From Felis catus (Eukaryota), in NCBI RefSeq assembly GCF_018350175.1, contig NC_058368.1, positions 86,802,001 to 86,866,000 on the forward strand: a stretch of DNA of 64,000 nucleotides. Direction: 5' to 3'. The notes under the pieces were generated by a model. It did not search any database. It had not been told where the DNA came from and saw only the letters and a list, made by a program, of their open reading frames with translations. Each line of letters starts with the position of its first letter. Within the stretch, counting starts at the first letter, position 1. This document shows positions 53,736-64,000 of this stretch, one piece after another. The translations under genes and the position numbers were made by a program.

Positions 53736-54619
53736 CAGGGAAAGGATAAAGTCCAAAAACAATTTATAGAGTTTATATATACACCGGAAAAAATTACAAC
53801 TGGGTAAGTGAACAGGATTATTACTTGCTTCCTGTGTTCTATTCAATAATTGATCAATGAATGGGTAAATAAATGAATGGGTTATCACAAATTGGTTCTG
53901 TAACATATAGCCATCACAGCATTTAATTCCTGAAATTTCTTATGATTCAGAAATAATATAAATGTGTTATTTTTACTAAAATATTTCATGTATAAAAGCA
54001 ACTGTTTTTATGTATTCAAAATCATTTTTCAAATGTAACAAATTAAAATTACTTATTAAACTCTCACTAAATTGTCAAAAACGAGGACTCTCATAAAAAA
54101 GAATGATCATTGTTAGTTAATTTGAAAAATCAAAAGGCCATTTACTTAAAACCAGTAAATCAAACTATTCATCTAAGTTTTTAAAAACTTTGCCACATGC
54201 CAAAAGTCCCGTAGACTTTCCATCTTAGAATTAATAGTAAAAGTACTCAAACATAGAGCAATATACACAAATGTGGGGCATAATCATCACATACTTCAAA
54301 TAAATATTATTAGTTCATGATATCTGAGAAATTTAGCAATATAATTGGAAGCCAAACCTGAAATTATCATTTCATACTATGGAAATAGATATTCTATTTA
54401 TTGTTTAATATATAGTCATAACAATTGCTTTTTAAATTTTGAAAATGAAAAATAATTATTTTATTCACATTATTTAATTTAATATAGAATCATTTCATGC
54501 TAATATATTTTAGAAATGATTGACCATTTGAATATAAATTAAAATATAATTTATTTGAACCTGTCAATCAGACTCAATAGAGACCCATTTAAAAAGTGCC
54601 TCTGAAAGCAGCAGCTGCA

Positions 54620-54830
54620 ATGTGCTATGACTCTGGCATTGAACTTACAGAACTGATACTCACAGCTCCATGTGGGGTAATTTCTCTCGCTTCTGTGTGC
54701 TTCAGTTTTCTCATTTTTAAAACTAGTAGAATGATGATAAAGCCAAAGTAATAGGATTTACAATGATCGTGTTATGCTAGTGACTTCCAAGTAAGCATTC
54801 ACTATATGTTGGCTACTGTTAACTATTATT
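54620..54830 (+). mobile_element. MIR remnant
   Basis: Core ttctgtgtgcttcagttttctcatttttaaaa; 3' aagtaagcattcactatatgttggcta. Confidence 0.65.
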
Positions 54831-55042
54831 GTAAGTTTACATTTAAATGGCAGCTTCTTGACTACATTTTTAGGGAACAATTAAACAATACCAAAGACAT
54901 TAACAATGGTCATAAGTACTTTGAGGTAGAAAAGTTATTGCATATATATTGGCTATGAATGATACAGATGTTGGGTATAATAGCTTTAAGAAATTTGTGA
55001 AAGCCATTATTTAGCATTTTTTGCTGGTGAGCTTCTTCTTCT

Positions 55043-55228
55043 TTAATGTTCATTTATTTTTGAGAGAGAGAGAGAGAGAGAGAAGGCATGAATGAACGGG
55101 GCAGGGGCAGAGGCAGAGAGGGAGATGCAGAATCTGAAGCAGGCTACAGGCTACAGAGCCCACCGCTGGGCTCAAACTCCAGAACAGTGAAATCATGACC
55201 CAAGTCGAAGTCCTCATCCAGTGGTGCC
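55043..55228 (-). mobile_element. Can-SINE
   Basis: tttatttttgagagag...gaatctgaagcaggct...atcatgacc. Confidence 0.85.
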
Positions 55229-55234
55229 TTCTGT

Positions 55235-55352
55235 TAATTCGTGTGCAATGCAGAATCACAGGGCCCACCACAGATGACTGAATTATAACCTATATTTTCA
55301 CATCACCCTCAAGTGATTCACATGTCCATTAGAATTTGGGATCACTGTTCTA
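55235..55352. mobile_element. MER5-like hAT DNA transposon remnant
   Basis: aatgcagaat..agggcccacc.caga..actgaat...caagtgattc...tttgggatcactgttctag. Confidence 0.6.
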
Positions 55353-55884
55353 GATGACTTTGAAGTTGCATTCTGCCAAAAATGTGGTATATCTAGCATA
55401 GGGGCCTATTTACTTTGTAGACTCATTTGTAGTATAAATATGTTATTGACGTTAGATATATGTAATGAATATGCTGATAACTATAGAGATAGTATTTCTT
55501 TTGGAGAGTATAAAAATGTGACACATGAAAATGGAGACAGAGGACATTCTTTCATAACAAAATGCAAAGAGTCCACTTAGACTCCTTTCAAAATCTGCTT
55601 CTCAAGTTAGATTTTAGTTACCACCATGTTTGACAATAAGAGCCCCCAGTTGATCTTCTAATTTATAGATTCTGTCCTCAAAAAGAAGCACTCAGAAATA
55701 GATTACAAGAATTATTTTTATAGCCTTTTATTTCATGGTAACATAAGTGGAAAATTATGGTCTTAATGACAAAGAGAAGCATATTTTGCATACCTGAAAT
55801 TAAAAAAAAATGGACTTATCAATGTTATTTACTGCATAGTAAAGATAATCACCACCATCAATATTTTTTCTGTCATTCAGTTAT

Positions 55885-56115
55885 TCTTTTTTTAATGTTT
55901 ATTTATTTATTTATTTATTTTGAGAGAGACAGAGAGTCTGAAAGCACGCATGAATGAGGGGAAGGGTTAAAGAGAGAGGGAGAGAGAATCCCAAGCAGGC
56001 TACATGCTGTCAGTACGGAAACCAATGCAGGGCTGGATCCCACAAACAGTGAGATCCTGACCTGAGCTGAAATCAAGAGTAGGATGCTCAACTGACTGAA
56101 CCACTCACATGCCCC
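55885..56115 (-). mobile_element. Can-SINE; a short + strand L1 3' tip follows at ~56167-56310
   Basis: cccaagcaggct...gactgaaccactcacatgcccc. Confidence 0.85.
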
Positions 56116-56748
56116 TCAATTATTTTTGATAACAATTTAATTTTTAAGGTTTATTTAATTCCAGTTAGGTGATGGGAATTAAGGACTGCATTTGTTGTCA
56201 TGGGCACTTGGTGTTGTATGTAAGTGATGGATCAGTCAGTTCTATACTTGAAACTAATATCACATTGTATATTGACTACCCGGAATTTAAAGAATTCCTT
56301 TTAAAAAATAACTAGTTTTTCAAAATGATTTTCTGCTTTTAGCCTGTTCAAAACTTTCCAAATGAGTATCAAGAGGTCTTAGACACAGAAAGCAGTTGCT
56401 TTAAATGCATTGTTAATAGGGAAATACTTTCTGGTGTAAAGAATGTATCACATTAATAATGTTAATGAGTTTTTCAAGGTCAGAGAAGACAAAAATCCTT
56501 TTACACTGATTTAATTTTTATAGTTTACTTCTGAGTATTATTTTTGAAGTCAGAGCTTATAAATTAGAAGACCAATTCAAAAGCTATAACTGTCAAAGAA
56601 GAGAGTGACTAGAACCTACAATTGAGACACAAAGGCAAAAAGAAAAAAAAAAATGCATGTTTTCCTTTAAGGACCAGGCAGAAAGAGTCTAGTTATAAAG
56701 TAGTGAATTGTGAATTCAATACGAAATGGGTATCCTTTTGTGCATTTA

Positions 56749-57198
56749 ACTTTTTTTTAAATTTTTTTTAACGTTTATTTATTTTTGAGACAAAGAGAGA
56801 CAGAGCATGAACAGGGGAGGGGCAGAGAGAGAGGGAGACACAGAATCTGTAACGGGCTCCAGGCTCTGAGCTGTCAGCACAGAGCCCGACGCAGGGCTCG
56901 AACTCACGGACCGTGAGATCATGACCTGAGCCAAAGTGGGACGCTTAACCGACTGAGCCACCCAGGCGCCCCGAACTTTTTTTAACATTTATTTATTTTT
57001 GAGAGACAAAGAAAGGTAGAGCGTGAGTGGGGGAGGGGCAGAGGGAGAAAGAGACCCAGGATCTGAAGCAGGCTCTGGGCTCTGAGCTGTCAGCACAGAG
57101 CCCAACGGGGAACTCCAACTCACGAGCCGTCATGAACCGGGAGATCATGACCTGAGCCTAAGTTGGATGCTTACCCAACTGAGCCACCTAGGTGCCCA
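56749..57198 (-). mobile_element. Tandem Can-SINE pair (younger copy inserted in the tail of the older)
   Basis: Two full bodies; outer TSD cc(t)tttgtgcattta and inner aactttttttaa duplication. Confidence 0.92.
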
Positions 57199-57259
57199 GC
57201 CCTTTGTGCATTTAGATGTAATCTATGGTTGTGCTGGGGCATATCCAGATTAGGATGAT

Positions 57260-57470
57260 GAAGGTCCAAAGACTGGATTTGAATCTCGGATCTGAACTAT
57301 AACTATAGGTGCAATCTTTATGAAAATGATAAAATGTTCTGTGCTCAAGTTTCTTCAAACACTAATTGGTTATAATAGCACATATCATTAAATTTTTATT
57401 AAATTGTATTAAATTGTTATTAACCATGCACAGCTCCAAGTACAGAACAGGCACTCAACATATGTTAGAC
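57260..57470 (+). mobile_element. MIR remnant
   Basis: ctggatttgaatctcggatctg...ttctgtgctcaagtttcttca...aggcactcaacatatgttag. Confidence 0.6.
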
Positions 57471-57507
57471 TGTCAGTCTGCATTCAGTTATTGAAGCACG
57501 GTCATGA

Positions 57508-57531
57508 ATTCTGTTCTTTTAATTTCTCTAG
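57508..57531 (+). promoter_or_regulatory. Candidate splice acceptor of the OR6F1 coding exon
   Basis: ttctgttcttttaatttctctAG|G, about 70 nt before the ATG. Confidence 0.55.
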
Positions 57532-57601
57532 GACAGTGTGATTGGATAAAAACCCTATACTGTGTGGTTTCTAGTTACTGGTATTTCTTACTACTTCCTC
57601 A

Positions 57602-58528
57602 ATGGGCACAGACAATGCAACTCACTCCCAGGATTTCCTCTTGCTGGGCTTTCCTGGGTCCCAGGGCCTTCAGCTATCTCTCTTTATGCTTTTTCTGGTG
57701 ATGTACATCCTCACAGTGAGTGGTAACATGGCTATCTTGATGTTGGTGAGTACCTCCCACCAGCTACATACCCCTATGTACTTCTTTCTGAGCAACCTCT
57801 CTTTCTTGGAGATTTGGTATACCACAGCTGCAGTCCCCAAAGTCCTGGCCATCCTTCTGGGGAGAAGCCAAACCATATCATTTACTGGATGTCTTTTGCA
57901 GATGTACTTTGTTTTTTCATTGGGCTGCACAGAGTACTTTCTCCTGGCAGCCATGGCTTATGACCGCTATTTGGCCATCTGCTATCCTCTACACTATGGG
58001 GCCATTATGAGCAGTCTGCTCTCAGCACTGCTAGCCCTGGGATCCTGGGTGTGCGGTTTCCTAGCCATTGCAGTGCCCACAGCCCTCATTAGCACCCTGC
58101 CGTTCTGTGGTCCCCACACTATCAACCACTTCTTCTGTGACATTGCACCCTGGATTACCCTGGCTTGCACCAGTACGCAGGCAGTGGAACTCGTGGCCTT
58201 TGTGATTGCTTTTGTGGTCATCCTGAGCTCGTGCCTCATCACTCTGGTCTCTTATGTGTATATCATCAGCACCATTCTCAGGATCCCTTCAGCCAGTGGC
58301 AGGAGTAAAGCCTTCTCCACATGCTCTTCGCATATCACTGTGGTGCTAGTCTGGTATGGGTCCACGATCTTTCTTCATGTCCGCATCTCCATCAAAGAGG
58401 CCTTGGATCTCACCAAAGCCGTGCATGTCCTGAACACCATTGTGACTCCAGTTCTAAACCCCTTCATCTACACTCTCCGTAACAAGGAAGTAAGAGAAAC
58501 TCTGCTGAAGAAATGGAAGGGAAAATAA
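57602..58528 (+). CDS. OR6F1: Olfactory receptor 6F1-like, intact, 308 aa
   Basis: [57 protein letters not shown]; matches recalled OR6F1 throughout. Confidence 0.95.
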   Translation: MGTDNATHSQDFLLLGFPGSQGLQLSLFMLFLVMYILTVSGNMAILMLVSTSHQLHTPMYFFLSNLSFLEIWYTTAAVPKVLAILLGRSQTISFTGCLLQMYFVFSLGCTEYFLLAAMAYDRYLAICYPLHYGAIMSSLLSALLALGSWVCGFLAIAVPTALISTLPFCGPHTINHFFCDIAPWITLACTSTQAVELVAFVIAFVVILSSCLITLVSYVYIISTILRIPSASGRSKAFSTCSSHITVVLVWYGSTIFLHVRISIKEALDLTKAVHVLNTIVTPVLNPFIYTLRNKEVRETLLKKWKGK

Positions 58529-58669
58529 ATTGCCCCCAATAGAACAGATCTCTGTAAATATCTCCCTTTGTCTCCAAGTAAGAATATGGAAGGAAAATGC
58601 AAATATTCCTTGATACAGAGAGAGAAAAAAAAACTGAAGGAATAAAATAGACTACATATACTTGCTCTA

Positions 58670-58911
58670 CTTTTTTTATAAGTTTATTTTTAAGTTAATT
58701 TATTTATTTTCAGAGAGAGAGAGAGAGAGAGAGAGCACAGGTGAGGGGCAGAGAGAGAGGAGAGAATCCCAAGCAGGCTCTGCACCAGCAACAGAAACCT
58801 ACAGATCTAGATGCAGGGCTCAGACTCACTAATCACTGATGAAGTGGGATTATGACCTCAGCCTAAATCAACAGGTCTAGGCTGAATCTACGGAGTCACC
58901 AAGTATCCCGG
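58670..58911 (-). mobile_element. Can-SINE about 140 bp downstream of the OR6F1 stop
   Basis: SINE body with flanking tctactttttt repeats. Confidence 0.85.
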
Positions 58912-58944
58912 TCTACTTTTTTTTCCCCCTGGAACCTGTTTACT

Positions 58945-61900
58945 TATGTATTTATTTATTTTTAATATGAAATTCATTGTCAAACTGGTTTCCATACAAC
59001 ACCCAGTGATCATCCCAACAAGTGCCCTCCTCAGTGCCCATCACCCACTTTCCTTTCCTCCCACTCCCCATTAACCCTCAGTTTTTTCTCAGTTTTTAAG
59101 AGTCTCTTATGATTTGCCTCCTTCCCTCTCTAACTTTTTTCCCCTTCTCCTAGCCCATGGTTTTCTGTTAAGTTTCTCAGGATCCACATAAGAGTGAAAA
59201 CATATGGTATCTGTCTTTCTCTGTATGGCTTATTTCACTTAGCATAACACTCTACAGTTCCATCCACATTGCTACATAAGGCCATATTTCATTCTTTCTC
59301 AAGGCCAAGTAGTATTCCATTGTGTATATAAACCACAATTTCTTTATTCATTCATCAGTTGATGGAGATTTAGGCTATTTCCATAATTTGGCTATTGTTG
59401 AAAGTGCTGCTATAAACATCGGGGTACAAGTGCTCCTATGCATCTGCACTCCTGTATCCTTTGGATAAATTCCTAGCAGTACGATTGCTGGGTCATAGGG
59501 TAGATTTATTTTTAATTTTTTGAGGAACCTCCGTACTGTTTTCCAGAGTGGCTGAACCAGTTTGCATTCCCACCAACAGTGTAAGAGGGTTCCCGTTTCT
59601 CCACATCCTCACCAGCATCTATAGTCTCCTGATTTGTTCATTTTAGCCACTCTGACTGGCGTGAGGTGATATCTGAGTGTGGTTTTGATTTCTATTTCCC
59701 TGATGAGGAGCGACATTGAGCATCTTTTCATGTGTCTGTTGGCCATCTGGATGTCTTCTTTAGAGAAATGTCTATTCATGTTTTCTGCCAATTTCTTCAC
59801 TGGATTATTTGTTTTACAGGTGTGGAGTTTGGTGAGTTCTTCATAGATTTTGGATAACAGCCCTTTGTCTGATATGCCAATTTCAAATATCTTTTCCCAT
59901 TACATTGGTTGCCTTTTAGCGTTGTTGATTGTTTCCTTTGCAGTGCAGAAGTTTTATCTTCGTGAGGTCCCAATCATTCATTTTTGCTTTTAATTCCCTT
60001 GCCTTTGGGGATGTGTCAAATAAGAAATTGCTGCGGCTGAGGTCAGAGAGTTTTTTTCTGCTTTCTTCTCTAGGGTTTTGATGGATTCCTGTCTCACGTT
60101 CAGGTCCTTCATCCATTTTGAGTTTATTTTTGTGAATGGTGTAAGAAAGTGGTCTAGTTTCATTCTTCTGCATAATGCTGTCCTTTTCTCCCAGAATCAT
60201 TTGTTAAGCAGACTGTCTTTTTGCCATTGGATATTCTTTCCTGCTTTGTCAAAGATTAGTTGGCCATCCTTTTCTGGGTCCATTTCTGGAGTCTTTATTC
60301 TATTCCATTGGTCTATGTGTCTGTTTTTGTGCCAATACCATGCTGTCTTGATGATTACAGCTTGGTAGTAGAGGCTAAAGTCTGGGATTATGATGCCTTC
60401 TGCTTGGTCTTCTTCTTCAATATTATTTTGACTATTTGGGGTCTCTTGTGTTTCCATAAAAATTTTAGGTTTGCTTGTTCTAGCTTCGAGAAGAATGCTG
60501 GTGCAATTTTGATTGGGAATGCATTGGATGTGTCGATAGCTTTGAGTAGTATTGACATTTAAACAATATTTATTCTTCCAATTCATGAGCATAGATTTTT
60601 TTTCCATTTCTTTGTATCTTCTTCAATTTCCTTCATAAGCTTTCTATAGTTTTCAGCATACAGATCTTTTACATCATTGGTGAGGTTTATTCCTAGGTAT
60701 TTTATGCTTCTTGGTGCAATTGTGAATGGGATCATTTTCTTTATTTGTCTTTCTTTTACTTCATTATTAGTGTATAAGAATGCAACTGATTTCTGTACAT
60801 TGATTTTGTATCCTGCGACTTTGCTGAATTCATGTACCAGTTCTGGCAGACTTCTGGTGGAGTCTATTGGGTTTTCCATGTAGAGTATCATGTCATTTGC
60901 AAAAAGTGGAAGCTTGACTTCTTTGCCAAATTTGATGCCTTTGATTTCCTTTTGCTGTCTGATTGCTGATGCTAGCACTTCCAACACTATGTTAAACAAC
61001 AGCGGTGAGAGTGGACATCCTTGTCGTGTTCCTGATCTCACAGGGAAAGCTCTCAGTTTTTCCCCATTGAGGATGATATTAGCTGTGGGCTTTTCATAAA
61101 TGGCTTTTATGATCTTTAAGTATGTTCCTTCTATCCAGACATTCTTGATGGTTTTTATTAAGAAAGAATGCTGAATTTTGTCAAATGCTTTTTCTGCATC
61201 AATTGACAGGATCATATGGTTCTTTTCTTTCCTTTTACCTTGTGGTGTAACACATTGATTGATTTGCAAATGTTGAAACAGCCCTGCAGCCCAGGAATTA
61301 ATCCTACTTGATCATGGTGAGTATTTTTTATATGCTGTTGAATTCAATTTGCTAATATCTTATGGAGATTTTTTGCATCCATATTCATCAGGTATATTGG
61401 CCTGTAGTTCTCTTTTTTTGCTGGGTCTCTGTCTGGCTTAGGAATCAAAATAACGGTGGCTTCATAGAATGAGTCTGGAAGTTTTCCTTCCTTTTCTATT
61501 TCTTGGAACAGCTTGAGAAGGATAGGTATTATCTCTGCTTAAAGCTCTGATAGAATTCCTCAGGGAAGCCATCTGGTCCCATACTTTTATTTGCTGGGAG
61601 ATTTTTGATTACTGATTCCAATTCTTCACTGGTTATGGGTCTGTTCAAGTTTTCTATTTCTTCCTGTTTGAGTTTTGGAAGTGTGTGGGTATTTAGGAAT
61701 TTGTCCATTTCTTCCAGGTTGTCCAGTTTGTTGGCATATAATTTTTCATTCTATTCACTGATAATTGCTTGTATTTCTGAGGGATTGGTTGTAATCATTC
61801 CATTTTCACTCATGATTTTACCTATTTGGGTCATCTCCCTTTTCTTTTTGAGGAGACTAGCTAGAGGTTTATGAATTTTGTTTATTTTTTCAAAAAACCA

Positions 61901-64000
61901 ACTTTTGGTTACATTGATCTCCTCTACTGTTTTTTTTTTGTGTTTTTTTTTGTTTTTTTTTTTTGTTTTTAGATTCCATGTTGTTTATTTCTGCTCTGAT
62001 ATTTATTATTTCTCTTCTGCTGGGTTTGGTGTGTCTTTGCTGTTCTGCTTCTATTTCCTTTAGGTGTACTATTAGATTTTGTGTTTGGGATTTTTCTTGT
62101 TTCTTGAGATAGGCCTGGATTACAATGTATTTTCCTCTCAGGACTGCCTCATTGCATCCCAAAGCATTGGGATTGTTATGTTTTCATTTTCATTTCTTTC
62201 CATATATGTTTTTTAGTTTCTTCTCTAATGGCCTGGTTGACCCATTCATTCTTTATTAGGGTATTCTTTAATCTCCATGCTTTTGGAAGTTTTTCAGGCT
62301 TTTTCCTGTGGTTGGTTTCAAGTTTCATAGCATTGTGGTCTGAAAGTGTGCATGGTATGAACTCAATTCTTGTATACTTATGAAGGGCTGTTTTGTGGCC
62401 CAGTATGTGATGTATCTTGGAGAATGTTCCATGTGCACTCGAGAAGAAAGTATATTCTGTTTCTTTGGGATGCAGAGTTCTAAATATATTTGTCAAGTCC
62501 ATCTGATCCAATGTATCTTTCAGGGCCCTGTTCCCTTATTGATCCTGTGTCTAGATGATCTATCCATTGTTGTAAGTGGGGCATTAAAGTCCCCTGCCGT
62601 TACCACATTCTAATCAATAAGGTTGCTTATGTTTGTGATTAATTGTTTTATATATTTGGAGGCTCCTGTATTCAGCACATAGATATTTAAAATTGTTAGC
62701 TCTTCCTAATGGATAGACCCTGTAATTATTACATAATGCCCTTCTTCATCTTTTGTTACAGACTTTCATTTAAAGTCTAATTTGTCTGATGTAAGTATGG
62801 CTACTGCAGCTTTCTTTTGACTTCCAGTAGCATGATAGATAGTTCTCCATCCCTATATTTCAGTCTGAAGTTGTCTTCAGTTCTAAAATGAGTCTCTTGT
62901 AGACAGCAAATACATGGGTCTTGTGTTTTATCCATTCTGGATACCCTATGCCTTTTGGTTGGAGCATTTAGTCCATTTACAGTCAGTGTTATTATTGAAA
63001 GATATAGGTTTACAGTCATTGGTTTTAGAGCCTGTAGTATTCATGCTTTTAGTGATGTCTCTGGTATTTTGTGGTCCTTGCAAAATTTCACTCACAGAAT
63101 CCCCCTTAGAAATTTTGTAGGGCTGGTTTAGTGGTGATGAATTCCTTCAGTTTTTGTTTGGGAAGACCTTTATCTTTCCTTCTATTCTGAATGACAGACT
63201 TGCTGGATAAAGGATTCTTGTCTGAATTTTTTTTTTCTGTTCATTACATTGAAGTCTTTCTGACATTCCTTTTTGGCCTGCCATGTTTCAGTAGATAAGT
63301 CTGCTACAACCCTTAGGTGTCTACCGTTGTAAGTTAGGGCCTGTTTACCCTTAGCTGCTTTCAGAATTTTCTCTTTATCCTTGTATTTTGACAGTTTCAC
63401 TATGATATGTCATGCAGAAGATCGATTCAAGTTACATCTGAAGGAAGTTCTCTGTGCCTCTTGGATTTCAGTACCTGTTTCTTTCCCAGATCAGGGGAGT
63501 TCTCAGCTATGATTTATTCAAGTACACCTTCAGCCCCTCTCTCTTTCTCTTCTTCTTCTGGAATTCCTATGATATGGTTATTATTCCATTTGATTGCATC
63601 ACTGAGGTCTCTAATTCTCCCCTCATACTCCTGGATTTTTTTAATCTCTCTTTTTCTCATTTTCCTCTTTTTCCATAATTTTATCTTCTAATTCACCTAT
63701 TCTCTCTTCTGCCTCTTCAATCCGTGCTATGGCCACCTCCATTTTATTTTCCACCTCATTTATAACACTTTTACCTCCTTATGAGTATTTCTTAGTCCCT
63801 TGATCTCTGTAGCAATAGTTTCTCTGCTCTCCTCTATGCTTTTTTCAAACCCAGCAATTAATTTTATGACTATTATTCTAAATTCTTGTTCTGTTATATT
63901 GCTTAAATCAGTTTTGATCAATTTGTTAGCTGTTGCTACTTCTTGGAGTTTCTTTTGGGGAGAATTCTTCCATTTCGTCATTTTGTGTAGTCCCTGTGGT
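58945..64000 (-). mobile_element. Felid LINE-1 (3'UTR through ORF1 start; 5'UTR beyond the window), inactivated
   Basis: ORF1 start 63981 (MTKWKNSPQKK); ORF2 fragments 59609-63019 including RT ([14 protein letters not shown] in place of FADD); many frameshifts. Confidence 0.95.

Noticed and set aside
53517..53906. 129 aa hydrophobic ORF (also 37917-38228 and 25004-25297)
   Set aside because: Translation of microsatellites
60583..61269. 228 aa RT-domain ORF
   Set aside because: L1 ORF2 fragment; catalytic FADD reads FAND and frameshifts flank it

Overview
Mammalian (carnivore, very likely felid, judged from cat-type Can-SINEs and L1s) olfactory-receptor cluster embedded in a dense stack of LINE-1, Can-SINE and ERV/LTR debris. 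There are two intact single-exon OR genes on +: OR14A2-like (31862-32809) and OR6F1-like (57602-58528). A 3'-half OR14K1-like pseudogene lies on - (23939-24415). This order and orientation matches my recollection of the human 1q44 cluster. Almost all other listed ORFs are decayed L1 fragments, SINE or microsatellite artefacts. I found no new gene system. The most interesting signals are retrotransposition and repair scars: (1) a twin-primed, 5'-inverted L1 fused to the OR14K1 remnant, with junction microhomologies and the gene's 5' half missing; (2) a ~75 bp fold-back templated insertion of Pol-theta type; (3) a tiny RPL13A retrocopy and a ~30 nt orphan retrocopy inside L1s; (4) a micro 3'-transduction; (5) a near-perfect 162 bp tandem duplication. 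Gene and repeat-family names come from recalled sequences, not database searches, and repeat boundaries are approximate.
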